Assembly (NCBI GenBank): GCA_048886645.1
Contig: JBHLKN010000002.1
Coordinates: forward strand, 1 to 49,177
Source: Candidatus Hodarchaeota archaeon
GTDB taxonomy: Archaea; Asgardarchaeota; Wukongarchaeia; Wukongarchaeales; Wukongarchaeaceae
Length of the DNA stretch: 49,177 nucleotides
Reading direction: 5' to 3'
The notes under the pieces were generated by a model that worked only from the letters and a program-made list of their open reading frames with translations, had not been told where the DNA came from and ran no database searches. The position numbers were made by a program, and so were the translations under genes. Shown here in pieces: positions 36,292 through 46,304 of the stretch (the first letter of the stretch is position 1; each line of letters opens with the position of its first letter).

Positions 36292-37202
36292 GCTTCCTCC
36301 TGTTTGAAGAATATTTCCAGTTCTTCAAGATCTTCTGAAGAAAGAAACCATCCGCTCCCTCTAACATTTTCTTCGAGATGGGCAACAGTTGATGGTCCTG
36401 TAAGCGCGCAGATTATTCCTGGTTGGGATAAAACTCATGCAATAGCTGTCTGTACTGGCGTCTTTCCATAACTTCTCCCCAATTTTGCTAGCTTTTCCGC
36501 TACCCTGAGGCCAGATTGAAAACTCTCGCGCTGAAACAATGGATCCAAATTCCGAATATCTCCAGGTTCAAACTTTTTTCCTTTCTGAAATTTTCCTGTA
36601 AGTAGCCCCCGTCCCGTAACGCTAAAACCTATTGCTGCCACCCCGTATTTCTCGCACAGTGGCAGAAATTTTTCCCGTGATTTGCGGGCAACTGCACTAA
36701 ATTCCATTAGAACCGAAAAGACATTTCCAAATTTACAATAAGTATCTATTCTCTCCACGGGAAGGTGTCCCACTCCATAATGCCGTATCTTTCCTTTGCT
36801 CACAAGTTCTTCAAGTGCTCCGACAGTTTCTTCTACAGGCGTGTTCGGGTCATCGAAATGCACTTGATACAGATCAATGTAGTCTGTCTGTAACCTCTCA
36901 AGACTTTTCTCACATGCAGATTTTACATATTTGCCTGAAAGATTTGGCTTAACATCTCCTGTCATCCCTACTTTTGTAGCGATATAAACATCATGACGAT
37001 AAGGCTTAACAACTTCACCGAGAATCTGCTCAGCATTCCCGTAAATATCAGCAGTATCAAAAAAGTTGACACCTAACTCATAAGCACGATTAAGCATCCG
37101 CTTAAACTCTTCTACATCTTTTACCCCGTATACACCACTTAAAGCATAAAAACCCACACCAACTTCAGACACGTTGAAGTCATTGTGCTTTCGATATTTC
37201 AT
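36261..37202 (-). pseudogene. Aldo/keto reductase interrupted by one in-frame TGA at the conserved Trp position
   Basis: VGFYALSGVYG...NFFDTADIYGNAEQILGE...YIATKVG. After ...GKTPVQTAIA comes TGA (36437-36435), and the same frame continues VLSQPGIICALTGPSTVAHLEENV... to a TAA at 36263-36261. AKR families have A-W-V/L-L at this position. Confidence 0.75.
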
Positions 37203-37231
37203 CCCTAGTCTCCTCTTCGATAACCAACTAA

Positions 37232-37894
37232 CTATTTTTCAACATATTTCTTGACCACTTCAAGAACTTGATCTATATTTTTCCAAGAATAAACATCGTT
37301 TTTATATTCAGAATGTTTTCTTAACATTTTAATTAAAGAAGATGCTGCTGCTCTCCAAACAAACTTTCTTTTATCTTTAGCGAGAATTTTCAACAATTTC
37401 AAAGATTCTTCAGGAAAAGACAAACCAAACCTAACACCCAAACACATAGCAACGTTCCATCGAACATTAACATCATCGATTTCCATCCATTTTTTTAGTT
37501 GCTTAAATGCTAAATCAGGATCTTTACTACAAACAGCACTTAAAGCAAAAGGACCACAATTTTTTCGAACATAATTATCACTATCATATAAGAGAGGTTC
37601 AAGAAGTTCTAATGATTCATTTACATATTTTTTATTTATTCTTAGCAATCCTACTTCAGCAGATCTTCTTATATTCGGTTCTGGATCTCTCACCCAATCT
37701 TTCCAAACCGGATAATATTCTTCAAAATGTTTGTCGTTAATTTTTTTTATTTCACTGGCAGCATCTTCTCTTACTTTCCAATCCTCATCGTTTGCAAGTT
37801 TCCTAATCTTTTCAAGCAATTTTATATCTACCATAACAATCAAATCACGTTGGAAATCTTTTATAATTATCTGTAAAAAGATAATCTGATTCAT
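37232..37894 (-). CDS. HEAT-repeat protein (DNA alkylation repair AlkD-like family)
   Basis: Repeated D.d..VR..A units: DEDWKVREDAASEI, DPEPNIRRSAEVGL, DSDNYVRKNCGPFAL, DDVNVRWNVAMCL, DKRKFVWRAAASSL. The start is probably M21. Confidence 0.75.
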   Translation of the reverse strand: MNQIIFLQIIIKDFQRDLIVMVDIKLLEKIRKLANDEDWKVREDAASEIKKINDKHFEEYYPVWKDWVRDPEPNIRRSAEVGLLRINKKYVNESLELLEPLLYDSDNYVRKNCGPFALSAVCSKDPDLAFKQLKKWMEIDDVNVRWNVAMCLGVRFGLSFPEESLKLLKILAKDKRKFVWRAAASSLIKMLRKHSEYKNDVYSWKNIDQVLEVVKKYVEK

Positions 37895-38167
37895 TTTTCA
37901 GAATAAAGGCACATTCTGTTTTTGATAGGCACATTTCCCTCCTAAAATTTTAAAAAATTGTTTTAAAAAAATCATATAAGTTTTTCTTCACCCTCCAGTA
38001 TTAATGTCTAATAGAATTATTAAATTATTGTAAAGCATAGGTTTTTAAAAAGCTTTTAAAACTTTGTTAAACTATTGTAAAAATATAGGAGTTTTTTTGG
38101 AGAAAGCTCGTTTTAAAGCTTAATTTTCACTAGAGAATCTATTATTTCCAGTTTTTATTGAAGAGGT

Positions 38168-40000
38168 GTGGGTTTTATGTCTTCGTCTACGGCTTTGGAA
38201 AAACGTTTAAGGTCGCCTATTTCAGTGGTTCTTGGGCATATTGATACTGGTAAGACTACTTTGCTTGACCGTATTAGGAATGTTGGCCGCGAGGTGGAGC
38301 GGTCAGTAGCAGCACGGGAAAGTGGCGGTATCACGCAACATATAGGCGCTTCATTTCTTCCTAAAGAGACGATAGAAACAATCGCTAAAGATCTTCTTGA
38401 AAGTTTTAAAATCAAGCTCACTATACCGGGCATTTTGTGTGTGGATACGCCGGGTCACGCTGCTTTCTTAAATTTAAGAGCTCGCGGTTCTTCAGTGGCG
38501 GACATTGCCATATTGGTTATTGATGTAAGGTCGGGATTTCAAGCTCAAACTTATGAATCTATGCGCCTACTAAAGGAAAGGAAAACCCCCTTTTTAGTGG
38601 CTGCTAATAAGCTTGACCTCGTTCCAGGATGGAGGAGCGAAGGTTTTGGATCCTTTTTAAGCTCTGTAAATTCACAAGACCAAGCTGTTCAGAATGAGCT
38701 AGATCAACGGTTATACGAGCTTATAGGGGAGCTTGCCCAAGAAGGTTTTGAATCGGAAAGATATGATCGTGTACAAGATTTCACAAAATCTGTAGCAATA
38801 GTTCCTACAAGCGCAAAGACAGGGGAAGGTATCCCTGACCTCCTCGTGGTTTTAGCGGGGCTTACTCAACAGTTTTTAAAGAAACGTTTGTTCCTTGCTG
38901 AAGGCCCTGCTAAAGGAGTTATTTTAGAGGTTAAAGAAGAAACAGGGATAGGATTAACTATAGACACCATCATTTATGATGGAATCATGAGGAAGGAAGA
39001 CACAATAGTAACAGGCGGATTATCTGGCCCTATCACAACCCGTATACGGTCCTTGTTACTTCCAAAGCCTTTGGACGAGATCCGTGATCCCCGCGATAAG
39101 TTTACATCTGTTGAGGAGGTTACTGCTTCAACAGGGATAAAGATCTCTGCTCCAAATCTTGAAGGAGTTATCGCTGGAGCCCCTGTTTTTGTTGTTCCTG
39201 AAGGTGAAAGTGCTGAAAATTATGTTTCACAAATTTCCGAAGAAGTTTCTATAGCGCAGTTTGAATCCAGCGCTGTAGGGGTGGTGGCGAAAGCAGATAC
39301 TTTAGGTAGTTTAGAAGCTTTAGCTAAAATGCTCAAAGATGAGAACATACCTGTAAGCGTGGCAGGTGTCGGCCCAGTTTCCCGAAGAGAGGTTGTTGAA
39401 GCAGAAGTTGTGCGGGAACACGACCCCCTTTTAGGGGCAGTTCTTTGTTTCAACGTGGGAATTTTACCTGAAGCACAAGAAGAGATCGAGCAATCTGATA
39501 TGACAGTTTTCTCAAACGACGTAATATATCGTTTAGTAGACGAATATAAGGATTGGGTTAAAGAAGAGGATGAGAGGTCTAAAAAAGAAACCTTTGAAAC
39601 CATTACAACCCCCGGGAAAATTAAGGTTTTACCAGGATTTGTTTTTAGAAAAAGCAAACCAGCAGTGTTTGGCGTGGAAGTTTTAGGGGGAAAAATTAAG
39701 GCTAAAAAACGACTAATTCGCCAAGATAATAAGCCCGCTGGCGTAATTCAACAAATTCAGGACAAAGGAGAAACTATACCCGAGGCAGCCAAAGGCCAGC
39801 AGATAGCGATCTCACTAAAAGGCATCACCATAGGTCGACAAGTAAAAGAAGGAGATATTCTTTTCATCGACATCCTAGAAAAACACGCAAGAAAGTTAAA
39901 AAAAGAATACTTCTCATACATGACAGACGATGAAATAAACATTTTAGAAGAACTAATAGAAATAAAAAGACAACAAGTAAATCGGTTCTGGGCAACTTAA
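38168..40000 (+). CDS. infB: Translation initiation factor aIF5B (IF2-like GTPase)
   Basis: RSPISVVLGHIDTGKTTLLDRIR, VDTPGHAAF, ANKLD, with domain II-IV length typical of aIF5B. No intein. Confidence 0.95.
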   Translation: MGFMSSSTALEKRLRSPISVVLGHIDTGKTTLLDRIRNVGREVERSVAARESGGITQHIGASFLPKETIETIAKDLLESFKIKLTIPGILCVDTPGHAAFLNLRARGSSVADIAILVIDVRSGFQAQTYESMRLLKERKTPFLVAANKLDLVPGWRSEGFGSFLSSVNSQDQAVQNELDQRLYELIGELAQEGFESERYDRVQDFTKSVAIVPTSAKTGEGIPDLLVVLAGLTQQFLKKRLFLAEGPAKGVILEVKEETGIGLTIDTIIYDGIMRKEDTIVTGGLSGPITTRIRSLLLPKPLDEIRDPRDKFTSVEEVTASTGIKISAPNLEGVIAGAPVFVVPEGESAENYVSQISEEVSIAQFESSAVGVVAKADTLGSLEALAKMLKDENIPVSVAGVGPVSRREVVEAEVVREHDPLLGAVLCFNVGILPEAQEEIEQSDMTVFSNDVIYRLVDEYKDWVKEEDERSKKETFETITTPGKIKVLPGFVFRKSKPAVFGVEVLGGKIKAKKRLIRQDNKPAGVIQQIQDKGETIPEAAKGQQIAISLKGITIGRQVKEGDILFIDILEKHARKLKKEYFSYMTDDEINILEELIEIKRQQVNRFWAT

Positions 40001-40116
40001 AAATAACAACAAACAATAAAAAAGGATGTAACTTCGTTTAATACATTTTAATATAACAATGTTTAAGTTTCGTTATAATTTCTTTATATTTTGGTTCTAA
40101 AAGGAGATGGTGTACC

Positions 40117-40521
40117 TTGGTTAAGTTCCAAGTGAACTTTAATGATCCTGAAACAGGTAAAACCTTTAAAGCGGAAATAACGGAGGCAAAGGCAAAAAGC
40201 CTTGTAGGAGTAAAGATTGGCGAAACCGTAGATGGAAAACTTTTAGGATTCGCAGGCTACGAGTTCGTTATTACCGGGGGTAGCGACAACGATGGAACAC
40301 CAATGCGTCCTGACGTACATGGTGGAGCACGAAAACTGGTGCTCTTATCCAGCGGCCCAGGGTTTAAGCCTAAAAGAAAAGGCGAGCGAAGGAGAAAAAG
40401 AGTGAGAGGCAGCATGATAACAGAAGACATCGCCCAGATCAACATGAAAATAGTAAAACGAGGAAAGAAAAGCCTTGAAGAAATAATGACCAGTGTTGAA
40501 AAAGTTTCCACTACAGCATAA
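40117..40521 (+). CDS. rps6e: Ribosomal protein S6e (eS6)
   Basis: KFQVNFNDPETGKTF...ITGGSDNDGTPMRPDVHG...GFKPKRKGERRRKRVRG. TTG start. Confidence 0.95.
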   Translation: MVKFQVNFNDPETGKTFKAEITEAKAKSLVGVKIGETVDGKLLGFAGYEFVITGGSDNDGTPMRPDVHGGARKLVLLSSGPGFKPKRKGERRRKRVRGSMITEDIAQINMKIVKRGKKSLEEIMTSVEKVSTTA

Positions 40522-40604
40522 ACAAGCAAGTAATCAAGTAAACAAAATCATTACTAATTGTTTCTAAATGTTAACCATTTCAGTTTTTAGGAAGTGTTAA
40601 TTTC

Positions 40605-41897
40605 TTGGCTAAACAAACTAAACAAGATACTAAAAATCCCAAGAAGGAAAAAAATGAGGAAGAAGTGCCTATCCAAGCAGAGTTTGATTTAGGGCTCATT
40701 GGTCATGTTGATCACGGAAAATCCACACTAGTAAAAGCTCTGAGTGGAAAGTTTCCAGACACTCATAGCGAAGAGTTACGAAGAGGGATTTCAATTCGTC
40801 TAGGTTATGCTATAGCAGATTTTAGAAAGTGCCCTAATTGCGATCCCCCCGAATGTTATACCACTTCAAAAACATGCCCCAATTGCGAATCTGAGAGTGA
40901 ACTTCTCAGGCGAATAAGTTTTGTTGACTGTCCAGGCCATGAGATTCTAATGGCTACAATGCTTTCCGGAGCCGCCATCATGGACGGGGCAATCCTCGTG
41001 ATTGCAACTAACGAAGCCTGCCCTCAGCCCCAAACCAAAGAACATCTTGCAGCGGCTGAAGTGGTGAAAGTTAATCAGCTAGTTATAGTGCAAAACAAGA
41101 TAGAGCTGGTTTCAGAAGAGGAAGATTTACAGAATTATAAAGATATTAAATCCTTTGTCAAAGGTTCTTCGGCTGAAGATGCGCCTATAATCCCTATTTC
41201 AGCCATGCATAAAGCAAACCTTGACGTTTTAATACAGGCAATCGAAGAAAAGATGCCTACCCCTGAAAGGGATCCAACTTTGCCTGCAAGAATGTATGTT
41301 GCCCGATCCTTTGAGGTCAATAAGCCGGGTACCAGACCTGAAGATTTGATGGGAGGAGTGTTGGGAGGATCAATAGTCCAAGGTGAGTTGCAAGTAGGGG
41401 AGGAGATTGAGATCAAGCCAGGATTCAGAAAAGAAATAAGAAGCGGAAAATTCGAATATGTTCCTCTAATAACTGAAATAACATCCCTCAGCGCCGGACC
41501 CAACGTACCCTTAGAAAAAGCAAAACCCGGAGGCCTAATAGGTGTTGGAACTAAACTTGATCCTTTTCTAACCAAAAGCGACAGCATGGTAGGATCTGTT
41601 ATAGGAAAACCAGACACTTTACCTCCAACCGTCGATGAATTAACCCTCGAGGCAAATTTGATGGAAAGAGCTGTAGGAACCGCAGAAGAAATAGAGGTTC
41701 AGAAAATAAAAACTGGCGAAAAGCTGATGTTAAACGTCGGAACTGCTGCTACCGTAGGCACGGTAACTAGCGCACACGATGGAGAAGCCCAAATCAAACT
41801 TTCAAGACCTATAGTCGCTGAAAAAGGAATGAGAGCCGCCATAAGCAGACTTTTAAAAAGACGCTGGCGCCTTGTAGGATATGGAAACATCCTTTAA
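40605..41897 (+). CDS. eif2g: Translation initiation factor aIF2 gamma subunit
   Basis: GHVDHGKSTLVKALSG, zinc knuckle CPNC...CPNC, DCPGHE, QNKIE. TTG start. Confidence 0.95.
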   Translation: MAKQTKQDTKNPKKEKNEEEVPIQAEFDLGLIGHVDHGKSTLVKALSGKFPDTHSEELRRGISIRLGYAIADFRKCPNCDPPECYTTSKTCPNCESESELLRRISFVDCPGHEILMATMLSGAAIMDGAILVIATNEACPQPQTKEHLAAAEVVKVNQLVIVQNKIELVSEEEDLQNYKDIKSFVKGSSAEDAPIIPISAMHKANLDVLIQAIEEKMPTPERDPTLPARMYVARSFEVNKPGTRPEDLMGGVLGGSIVQGELQVGEEIEIKPGFRKEIRSGKFEYVPLITEITSLSAGPNVPLEKAKPGGLIGVGTKLDPFLTKSDSMVGSVIGKPDTLPPTVDELTLEANLMERAVGTAEEIEVQKIKTGEKLMLNVGTAATVGTVTSAHDGEAQIKLSRPIVAEKGMRAAISRLLKRRWRLVGYGNIL

Positions 41898-42064
41898 TCT
41901 AACAAAATGAATTTGCCAAGATTGTTTATAAGTCAAACATATTTAGTAGCTTCCTAAACCCTAACCCCTACAACCCTAGACAAATTTGTTCTCCAAAAAT
42001 ATACAAAAGAGAAGAAATCTTGTTTTAAAGAGTAAATAAAAAAGAAGGTGGGTAAGACTCTCCA

Positions 42065-42418
42065 TTACCCTTGCTCTTGTCCTTTGCTGGGAAGTTCCGT
42101 TTCCGCTGCAGCCTTGTAGGCTTTAAAGGCCTTATGTAGCAATCGTTTCTCGACAAACTTATTACCTAAGGCAAGAAGTCTGTCCCTTTCTCCTGCAGCT
42201 TTGTATGCTTCTAAGGCAACAGAGACCAACCCTTTCTTCAGGTACTCATCACCTATGGCAATAAGTAAAGCAATAAGTTTGTCTTTTGCTCCTGCAGCTT
42301 TGCATGCTTCAACAGCCTTACGTAGCAATCCTTCCTTGAGAAACTTATCACCCATGGCAATAAGTTCCTCTCTTTCTCCTTTAGCTTGAACTTCTTCTTC
42401 TTTAGTTTTAGTTGTCAA
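42065..42418 (-). CDS. Small protein made of three roughly 33-aa helical repeats (TPR/Sel1-like hairpins)
   Basis: GDKFLKEGLLRKAVEACKAAGAKDKLIAL / GDEYLKKGLVSVALEAYKAAGERDRLLAL / GNKFVEKRLLHKAFKAYKAAAE. The repeats are also visible in the DNA. Confidence 0.6.
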   Translation of the reverse strand: MTTKTKEEEVQAKGEREELIAMGDKFLKEGLLRKAVEACKAAGAKDKLIALLIAIGDEYLKKGLVSVALEAYKAAGERDRLLALGNKFVEKRLLHKAFKAYKAAAETELPSKGQEQG

Positions 42419-42515
42419 TTTTTTTACCCGCCCTACTATTTTAAGCTGGAATCTAGTTAAAATATTAACAAGAACAAATAATATTTTTAATTATTAATTA
42501 AATTTTTGATATGGC

Positions 42516-42941
42516 GTGTTTTTAATGACCTGTAAAAATGATCTTTTAGTAATTCTTGATACAAATTTTTTAATGTTGCCTGCAAATTTAGGCTTAGACA
42601 TATTTAATGCCCTTGACCATATCGTCCAAAGGGCGTATAAACCTGTAGTTTTAAGCGGGATATTGGGAGAGCTAGAAAAACTCCACTTAGAGGGAGGAAG
42701 AAAGCAAAAAATGGCGGTAAAATTAGCATTAAAATTCGCCGAAAAATGTGCTGTCTTGGAGGAAGAATTGCTAGAAAAAGAAAACATTGACGACTATGTA
42801 ATCCGAGTAGCTGAAAAACATTATCCCTGTGCTGTTGCAACGGCTGACAATAACCTTAAAAAAAGGCTTAAAGATAAAGGAATACCAGTAATATTCTTAA
42901 GACAGAAAAAACGCCTTGAAATTGACGGCATAATACCCTGA
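42516..42941 (+). CDS. PIN-domain nuclease, Fcf1/Utp24-like (COG1412)
   Basis: LVILDTNFLM (first acidic PIN residue) and CAVATADNNLKKRLKDKGIPVIFLR. The gene takes the conserved position after aIF2-gamma. Confidence 0.8.
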   Translation: MFLMTCKNDLLVILDTNFLMLPANLGLDIFNALDHIVQRAYKPVVLSGILGELEKLHLEGGRKQKMAVKLALKFAEKCAVLEEELLEKENIDDYVIRVAEKHYPCAVATADNNLKKRLKDKGIPVIFLRQKKRLEIDGIIP

Positions 42942-43043
42942 CATAGAATAAAAAAATGGCTTTTTCACTTTAGAAGTAGAAAAGAAAGAAAAAGAAGAAA
43001 AAAACCAATTTTTTATCCTGCTTTCTAAGCCGCTAAAATATTC

Positions 43044-45086
43044 TTAGAAGAAAAGGGAGTATTCTACGAAAAGTGTTGCAAAGGTAAGACTCAAAGTACT
43101 CAAGAGTTTTACTAATACGTGAAGAGACGGACCTGCCGTATCTTTAAAAGGATCTCCAACAGTATCCCCCACAACCCCCGCAGCGTGGGCTGGAGTGCCT
43201 TTCCCACCATAAGCTCCATCTTCAATCAACTTCTTCGCATTATCCCAGGCTCCGCCCCCCGTATTAAAAGACATAGCGAGAAGAATGCCAGCAACAGTGC
43301 CTCCCATAAGCAGGGCTCCGACAGCTTCTGCCCCCAGTAAGAATCCTACTGATACAGGTCCTATTACACAAATCATACCTGGGAAAACCATGTTTTTCTG
43401 AGCTGACCTCGTACTTATGTCGACACATTTAGCATAGTCTGGTTTGGTTTTACCTTCCATGATTCCCGGAATCTCTCTAAACTGTCTTCTAACCTCGTTT
43501 ATCATGTCATAGGAAGCGTTTCCTACGGCGCGAATGGCTAAGCTTGAAAATATGAAGGGTAACATAGCACCTATGAACAACCCTATAACTATTTCTGGAG
43601 CGCTTAAATCCACCACATGTATGTCAGCGGTTTCTAAGTAGGCTTCAAAGAGTAGCAAGGCTGCAAGGGCTGCTGATCCCATAGCATAGCCTTTCGTTAT
43701 TGCTTTTGTCGTATTTCCCACAGCATCTAACTCATCCGTAGTTTTTCTGTACTCAGGTTCTAAGTCGCTCATCTCGGCTATCCCTCCAGCATTATCTGCT
43801 ATTGGGCCAAAACCATCCATGGCGAGGATTATTCCAGCGGTTGCAAGCATCGCCATTGTAGCTACAGCCGTACCATAAACCCCTTCATCAGTCACAGGAG
43901 ATACTTTCCAACCGTTTCCTGCCACGAATGAGACAAGTATGGCTACACTTAAAACGATAGCCGGTAGAGCCGTCGACTCCAGACCTACAGAAAAACCGGT
44001 CATTATGTTTGTTGCCGGTCCTGTTTCTGAGGATCTTGCGATCTCTTTAACCGGCCTGAAGGATTTACTTGTATAATACTCTGTTATCCACGCGATAACT
44101 AAAGCTGCTGCAAGTCCAGCAAGGGCTGCGTAAAACATGTTAATATTTTCAAGCATGTATTTACACAGAATATAAAATATTACGACACACATTATGGTCG
44201 TGGCATAAAGCCCTCTTCTCAAGGGTGCCATCGGGTTCTCTCCCTCTTTCGCTGTGACAAAGTATGTTGACACGATTGTTGCAAATATTCCGCCACCCCT
44301 TGCCACGAGCGGAAAGTATACCCAGTTGATATCACCTGTTTTTACATAAATTGCGATGCCTAATATCATGGCTCCAATGTTTTCCCCTGCAGTTGATTCA
44401 AAAAGATCTGCTCCCCTGCCAGCAACATCACCTACGTTATCCCCTACATTGTCTGCGATTACCGCCGGGTTTCTCGGATCGTCTTCAGGTATACCGGCCT
44501 CGATCTTCCCTACAAGGTCTGCGCCGATATCGGCTGCTTTTGTATATATGCCACCACCAAGCTGAGCGAAGAGCGCTGCAAGACTGGCTCCAAACGCATA
44601 GCCGACAAGTAAAATTGGATCTTCGTCGTAGAGTACAAATAGGCCTGTTACTCCGAGGAGGCTTAACCCAACGACAAGTAATCCCATGACCATGCCTCCT
44701 CTGAAGGCTACTTGGATCGCGGGGTTTAATCCTGTCTTAGTAGCTTGTGCGGTACGAACATTTGCCCTCGTTGCGACGTCCATTCCTACGTATCCTGCTA
44801 GGAGTGAGCATCCGGCACCCAAAAGGAAAGCGAATGACGTATAGGGTCTATCACCAAAGTCAAAAGCAAGATATAGTAATACAGTTAGTATTGCCGATAT
44901 TATCGCTATTGTTGTGTATTGTCTTTTTAGGTATGCTTTTGATCCTTCGCGGATGGCGTCTGCTATTCCCCTCATTGTAGGTGTTCCCATGTCGTATTTG
45001 TTTACGTCATAAGCTAGGTAGAATGCGAATATTACAGCAGCTACTCCGCCGATGGGAGCGATGTAGAACCAATTTGATGTAACCAA
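43044..45086 (-). CDS. hppA: Membrane-bound proton/sodium-translocating pyrophosphatase
   Basis: GGGIYTKAADIGADLVGK, DNVGDNVGD, GGAWDNAKK, VGDTVGDPFKDTAGPSL. About 16 TM helices. Confidence 0.97.
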   Translation of the reverse strand: MVTSNWFYIAPIGGVAAVIFAFYLAYDVNKYDMGTPTMRGIADAIREGSKAYLKRQYTTIAIISAILTVLLYLAFDFGDRPYTSFAFLLGAGCSLLAGYVGMDVATRANVRTAQATKTGLNPAIQVAFRGGMVMGLLVVGLSLLGVTGLFVLYDEDPILLVGYAFGASLAALFAQLGGGIYTKAADIGADLVGKIEAGIPEDDPRNPAVIADNVGDNVGDVAGRGADLFESTAGENIGAMILGIAIYVKTGDINWVYFPLVARGGGIFATIVSTYFVTAKEGENPMAPLRRGLYATTIMCVVIFYILCKYMLENINMFYAALAGLAAALVIAWITEYYTSKSFRPVKEIARSSETGPATNIMTGFSVGLESTALPAIVLSVAILVSFVAGNGWKVSPVTDEGVYGTAVATMAMLATAGIILAMDGFGPIADNAGGIAEMSDLEPEYRKTTDELDAVGNTTKAITKGYAMGSAALAALLLFEAYLETADIHVVDLSAPEIVIGLFIGAMLPFIFSSLAIRAVGNASYDMINEVRRQFREIPGIMEGKTKPDYAKCVDISTRSAQKNMVFPGMICVIGPVSVGFLLGAEAVGALLMGGTVAGILLAMSFNTGGGAWDNAKKLIEDGAYGGKGTPAHAAGVVGDTVGDPFKDTAGPSLHVLVKLLSTLSLTFATLFVEYSLFF

Positions 45087-45372
45087 AGTAAATCCTCCAT
45101 ATTGCCAGTATTTTTTTGTTTTTGAATTTGTTAATTTGAGCTTTTCGTCTTTTTTTGTTTTATTTTATGGTTATGAAATAATAGGAATTTAATTATCGCT
45201 TACTTTATAACATAACATTTTTAACATTTTTGGGTTTTCTAAAACCTTATTAAGTTCGTTGTCCGAAAGATCTTTAAAAATAACTCTTTTAATAGTTTAT
45301 CGTTTATTCTAATTATCTATCATTACTTCGTTTTTTTAGATCATGAAAAGATTAAGGAGAGCGTGAAGGGGT

Positions 45373-46041
45373 TTGGTTTATAATCTTATAACTATAAAGG
45401 ATGTTGTCAGGGTTCCACCGCATCGTTTTGGGGAGCCTATCGACGAGGTAATCCTGGAAATTGCGAGGGAAGAGTTTGAAGAACGCGTAGACTCGGACAT
45501 TGGAATGCTTATCGCTGTTTTATCTGTTGAGGAGATCGGTGTAGGACGCATAATACCAGGAGATGGTGGCGTTTATCATCAATGCACTTTTAAAGTGTTG
45601 AGTTTTAAGCCTGAAATAGGGGAACTCGTTGAGGGAGAAGTTGTTGAGGTAACAGATTTCGGTTTATTTATAAGGATCGGGTGTACAGACGCTCTTTGCC
45701 ATATATCCCAAATACACAATGATTTTTTCTCTTTTAACCCTAAACAAAGCGCGCTTATAGGCCAAGAAAGCGGTCAATCAATAATGAGAGAAGACCGTGT
45801 TAGAGCAAGAATAATCACCTTAAGTTTGGACAGGGGAATCATCAAGGTAGCCGTGACGGCAAGGCAACCAGGTCTAGGAAGCTATGAGTGGCTTAAAAAG
45901 TGGGTAGAAGAGATGCAGGAACTAAGGGAGAAAGGAATAACTGTAGAAACAAAGAAAAAACCGGAAAAAGCAAAGAAAGTAGAGAAAGAGACAAAGAAAA
46001 AGAAGAGAAAGCGGAGGAAAAAAGAAGAAAAGAAAGCTTAA
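45373..46041 (+). CDS. rpo7: RNA polymerase subunit Rpo7 (E') with S1 domain and an extra Lys/Arg-rich tail
   Basis: YNLITIKDVVRVPPHRFG and S1-like GELVEGEVVEVTDFGLFIRIG. The tail reads KKKPEKAKKVEKETKKKKRKRRKKEEKKA. TTG start. Confidence 0.9.
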   Translation: MVYNLITIKDVVRVPPHRFGEPIDEVILEIAREEFEERVDSDIGMLIAVLSVEEIGVGRIIPGDGGVYHQCTFKVLSFKPEIGELVEGEVVEVTDFGLFIRIGCTDALCHISQIHNDFFSFNPKQSALIGQESGQSIMREDRVRARIITLSLDRGIIKVAVTARQPGLGSYEWLKKWVEEMQELREKGITVETKKKPEKAKKVEKETKKKKRKRRKKEEKKA

Positions 46042-46067
46042 ACCTAGAATTGAATCAATAGAGTTGG

Positions 46068-46259
46068 TTGATTTTGGCTAAATCTTGTAGGACTTGTAGG
46101 AGAATAGTGGAAACAGGCAACCGATGTCCTCATTGTAAAACCCATTCTTTGAGTGAAGATTGGGACGGGTTAATTATAATAGCTGATCCTGAAAACTCCT
46201 ACATAGCCAAACTCCTAGGAATAACCAAAGCTGGAAAATATGCCCTCAGAGTAAGATGA
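46068..46259 (+). CDS. spt4: Transcription elongation factor Spt4 (RpoE'')
   Basis: Zinc ribbon CRTCRR...CPHC followed by DWDGLIIIADPENSYIAKLLGI. Confidence 0.9.
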   Translation: MILAKSCRTCRRIVETGNRCPHCKTHSLSEDWDGLIIIADPENSYIAKLLGITKAGKYALRVR

Positions 46260-46304
46260 ATTGAAAAGCCCTTTCTAACTCTATTTTTAAGGGGAAAGTT
46301 AAAG

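Noticed and set aside
19438-36437. Genome-wide reassignment of TGA (to Trp or Sec), suggested by the two in-frame TGA codons
   Set aside because: TGA terminates several well-delimited genes in this window, namely the radical SAM gene (ATGA overlap), wrbA, spt4 and the STAND NTPase. Neither site is a known selenoprotein position, and I saw no SECIS-like hairpin.
41953-41980. Telomere-like CCTAAACCCTAACCCCTACAACCCTAGA tract downstream of aIF2-gamma
   Set aside because: It has only three degenerate heptamers, it lies inside a chromosome segment, and nothing else suggests a replicon end. It is most likely chance or part of a terminator region.
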